18,182 bases of DNA from Planctomycetota bacterium (GTDB taxonomy: Bacteria > Planctomycetota > UBA11346), in contig JBBQSO010000099.1 in the NCBI GenBank assembly GCA_038213805.1, forward strand, positions 1-18,182, written 5' to 3'. Below are positions 16,599-18,182 of this stretch, in pieces. Every line of letters begins with the position of its first letter. Positions within the stretch are counted from its first letter, which is position 1. The notes beneath the pieces are model-generated. The model searched no databases. It was not told where the DNA came from and saw only the letters and a program-made list of their open reading frames with translations. The translations under genes were made by a program, and so were the position numbers.

Positions 16599-18182
16599 AT
16601 GCTGATGGACCCCGCATCCTGCTTTGTGAAACGTGCCGGCCACGGCGTGGCCGCTGCGCTGGTGTCCCTGGTGGCCGCCACCGCCCTGGCAGCCCAGGAC
16701 CAGCCGCCGTCCGCGCCGTTCCAGCCAGCGTTGACCAGCATCGCCGCCCTGCGCCCGCTCACCCGCGAGGAGGCGCTGCTCCACCCCGCGGTGCGCGTGC
16801 GCGGGGTGGTGACCTTCAAGTGGGGCGAGGGGCGGCAGTCCTTCAGCCTGCAGGACGGCGATGCGGCGGTGTGGGTCTCGGCCTCACCGGGCCTGAGCGC
16901 GCCAGTGTGGGTGGGCGACGATGCGGTGCTCGCAAGCCTGCACGCGGGCATGGAGATCGAGCTCGATGGGGTGATGGACGGCGGCGGCTACTCGCCCGAC
17001 ATCCTGCCGCGCGCGCTGCGCGTGCTCGGCGAGCCGGGCCTGCCGCGGGCGCGCGTGGTCACGCCGCAGCGCCTGATGGGCGGTGCGGAGGATTCGCAGC
17101 GCATCTTGGTCGCGGGCGTGGTGCAGAGCTTTGAGGCCTCGCGCACCGGGACCTGGCTGCTGCGCGTGGACACCGGCACCGGCAAGCTGCTGGCCAACAT
17201 CCCTAAGGACCCCACCGTCGACCCGGCGCGCCTGATCGACGCCGAGGTGCGCCTGGCCGGCGTCGCGGCCTCATCACGCAATTGGCGCGCGGAATACGTC
17301 TGCCCGCGCGTGCTGGTCGGCAGCGTCGCCGACCTGGTGGTCGAGCGCGCGGCGCCGCCCGATCCCTTTGCCGTGCCGGAGGTGCCGCTGCGCACCCTGG
17401 CCGGTTACGCGCCCGACGGGCGCGCCCTGCATCGCCGGCGCATCGCCGGTACGGTGACGCTGTGCCAGCCCGGTGCCTTCGCCTACCTGCAGGACGGCGC
17501 CTGCGCGGTGCGCATCGGCCTGGCCACGAGTGAGGCGCTGCAACCGGGCGACCGCGTCGAGGCGGCCGGCTTCATCGACACCACCCGCGCGGTGGCCGGG
17601 CTCGACCAGGCGCTGGTGCGCAAGCTCGCGGACGGGCCGCCGCCGACCGCGCTCGACGCCGGATTGGAGGACATCCAGGCGGCCTTCCGCTCGGTGCGCG
17701 AGAAAGGGCGGCCGGCCAGCCCGCACGACTACGACGGCCTGCTGGTCGCGGTCACCGGGCGCCTGCTCAGCATCCAGCACGACGATCCCGACGGCATCGT
17801 GCGCCTGGCGCTCGACCGCGGTGGCGCGCTGACCAGCGCCGAGCTGGGCGGCACGCGCCCCGACGGCGCGGCGCTCGCCGCCCTGCTGCCGGGCAGCATG
17901 GTGCGCGTGGTCGGCGTGGCGCTGGTGCAGTACGCGCCCGGCGACCAGGTCGCCGATTACATCCAGCCCAACCGCCTCGACCTGCTGCTGCGCAGCGCGG
18001 GCGACGTGACGCTGCTGCAGGCGCCGTCGTGGTGGACGCCGGCGCGCCTGACCGCGGCGCTGCTCGGCAGCGGCGCGGTGCTGGCCGCCGCGCTGGCGTG
18101 GATCCTGGCGCTGCGCCGCGCGCTGCGCCGGCGCAGCGCGCGGCGGGGGGAGGTGAGGCGCACCCCCCCCGACAGCGAGCGC
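16599..18182 (+). CDS. Membrane sensor protein with repeated OB-fold-like extracytoplasmic domain, probable histidine kinase; 3' truncated at the window edge
   Basis: Not in the ORF track because it has no stop. Manual translation gives 528 stop-free codons with GC3 bias: signal peptide (VAAALVSLVAATALAA), LTSIAALRPLTREEA..VRVRGVVT..SLQDG, a second repeat HRRRIAGTVT..YLQDG..LQPGDRVEAAGF, then LLLRSAGDVTLLQAPSWWTPARL and a TM helix. The output domain lies outside the window. Confidence 0.85.
   Translation, partial: MLMDPASCFVKRAGHGVAAALVSLVAATALAAQDQPPSAPFQPALTSIAALRPLTREEALLHPAVRVRGVVTFKWGEGRQSFSLQDGDAAVWVSASPGLSAPVWVGDDAVLASLHAGMEIELDGVMDGGGYSPDILPRALRVLGEPGLPRARVVTPQRLMGGAEDSQRILVAGVVQSFEASRTGTWLLRVDTGTGKLLANIPKDPTVDPARLIDAEVRLAGVAASSRNWRAEYVCPRVLVGSVADLVVERAAPPDPFAVPEVPLRTLAGYAPDGRALHRRRIAGTVTLCQPGAFAYLQDGACAVRIGLATSEALQPGDRVEAAGFIDTTRAVAGLDQALVRKLADGPPPTALDAGLEDIQAAFRSVREKGRPASPHDYDGLLVAVTGRLLSIQHDDPDGIVRLALDRGGALTSAELGGTRPDGAALAALLPGSMVRVVGVALVQYAPGDQVADYIQPNRLDLLLRSAGDVTLLQAPSWWTPARLTAALLGSGAVLAAALAWILALRRALRRRSARRGEVRRTPPDSER

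Overview
GC-rich bacterial window, probably PVC superphylum (Planctomycetota-like; inferred from the ECF/FecR style and the OB-repeat sensor). It has two blocks. (1) 327-5823, a + strand carbohydrate-sensing operon: ECF sigma factor, then a translationally coupled membrane-anchored FecR-type anti-sigma fused to a GH5-fold domain in which both catalytic glutamates are replaced (NEP->NDP, EFG->NFA), then a secreted clan GH-A (GH39-like) hydrolase with intact catalytic residues plus Ig, malectin and ConA-like modules, then a small lipoprotein. (2) 5833-18182, a two-component signalling cluster: three response regulators with no DNA-binding output (REC-only, REC-HDOD, REC-degenerate HD-GYP-like), a soluble REC-PAS-LOV-PAS-PAS histidine kinase whose LOV domain keeps the photoactive Cys but lacks the conserved Gln, a divergent beta-barrel / small periplasmic-binding-like protein / HAMP-PAS kinase triad, and a truncated OB-repeat membrane sensor missing from the ORF track. 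Non-coding signals: several sigma70-like promoters (one implying a leaderless mRNA), a REP-like hairpin and two larger inverted-repeat structures. No RNA genes, CRISPR arrays or transposases were seen. All family assignments are by eye; no database searches were run.
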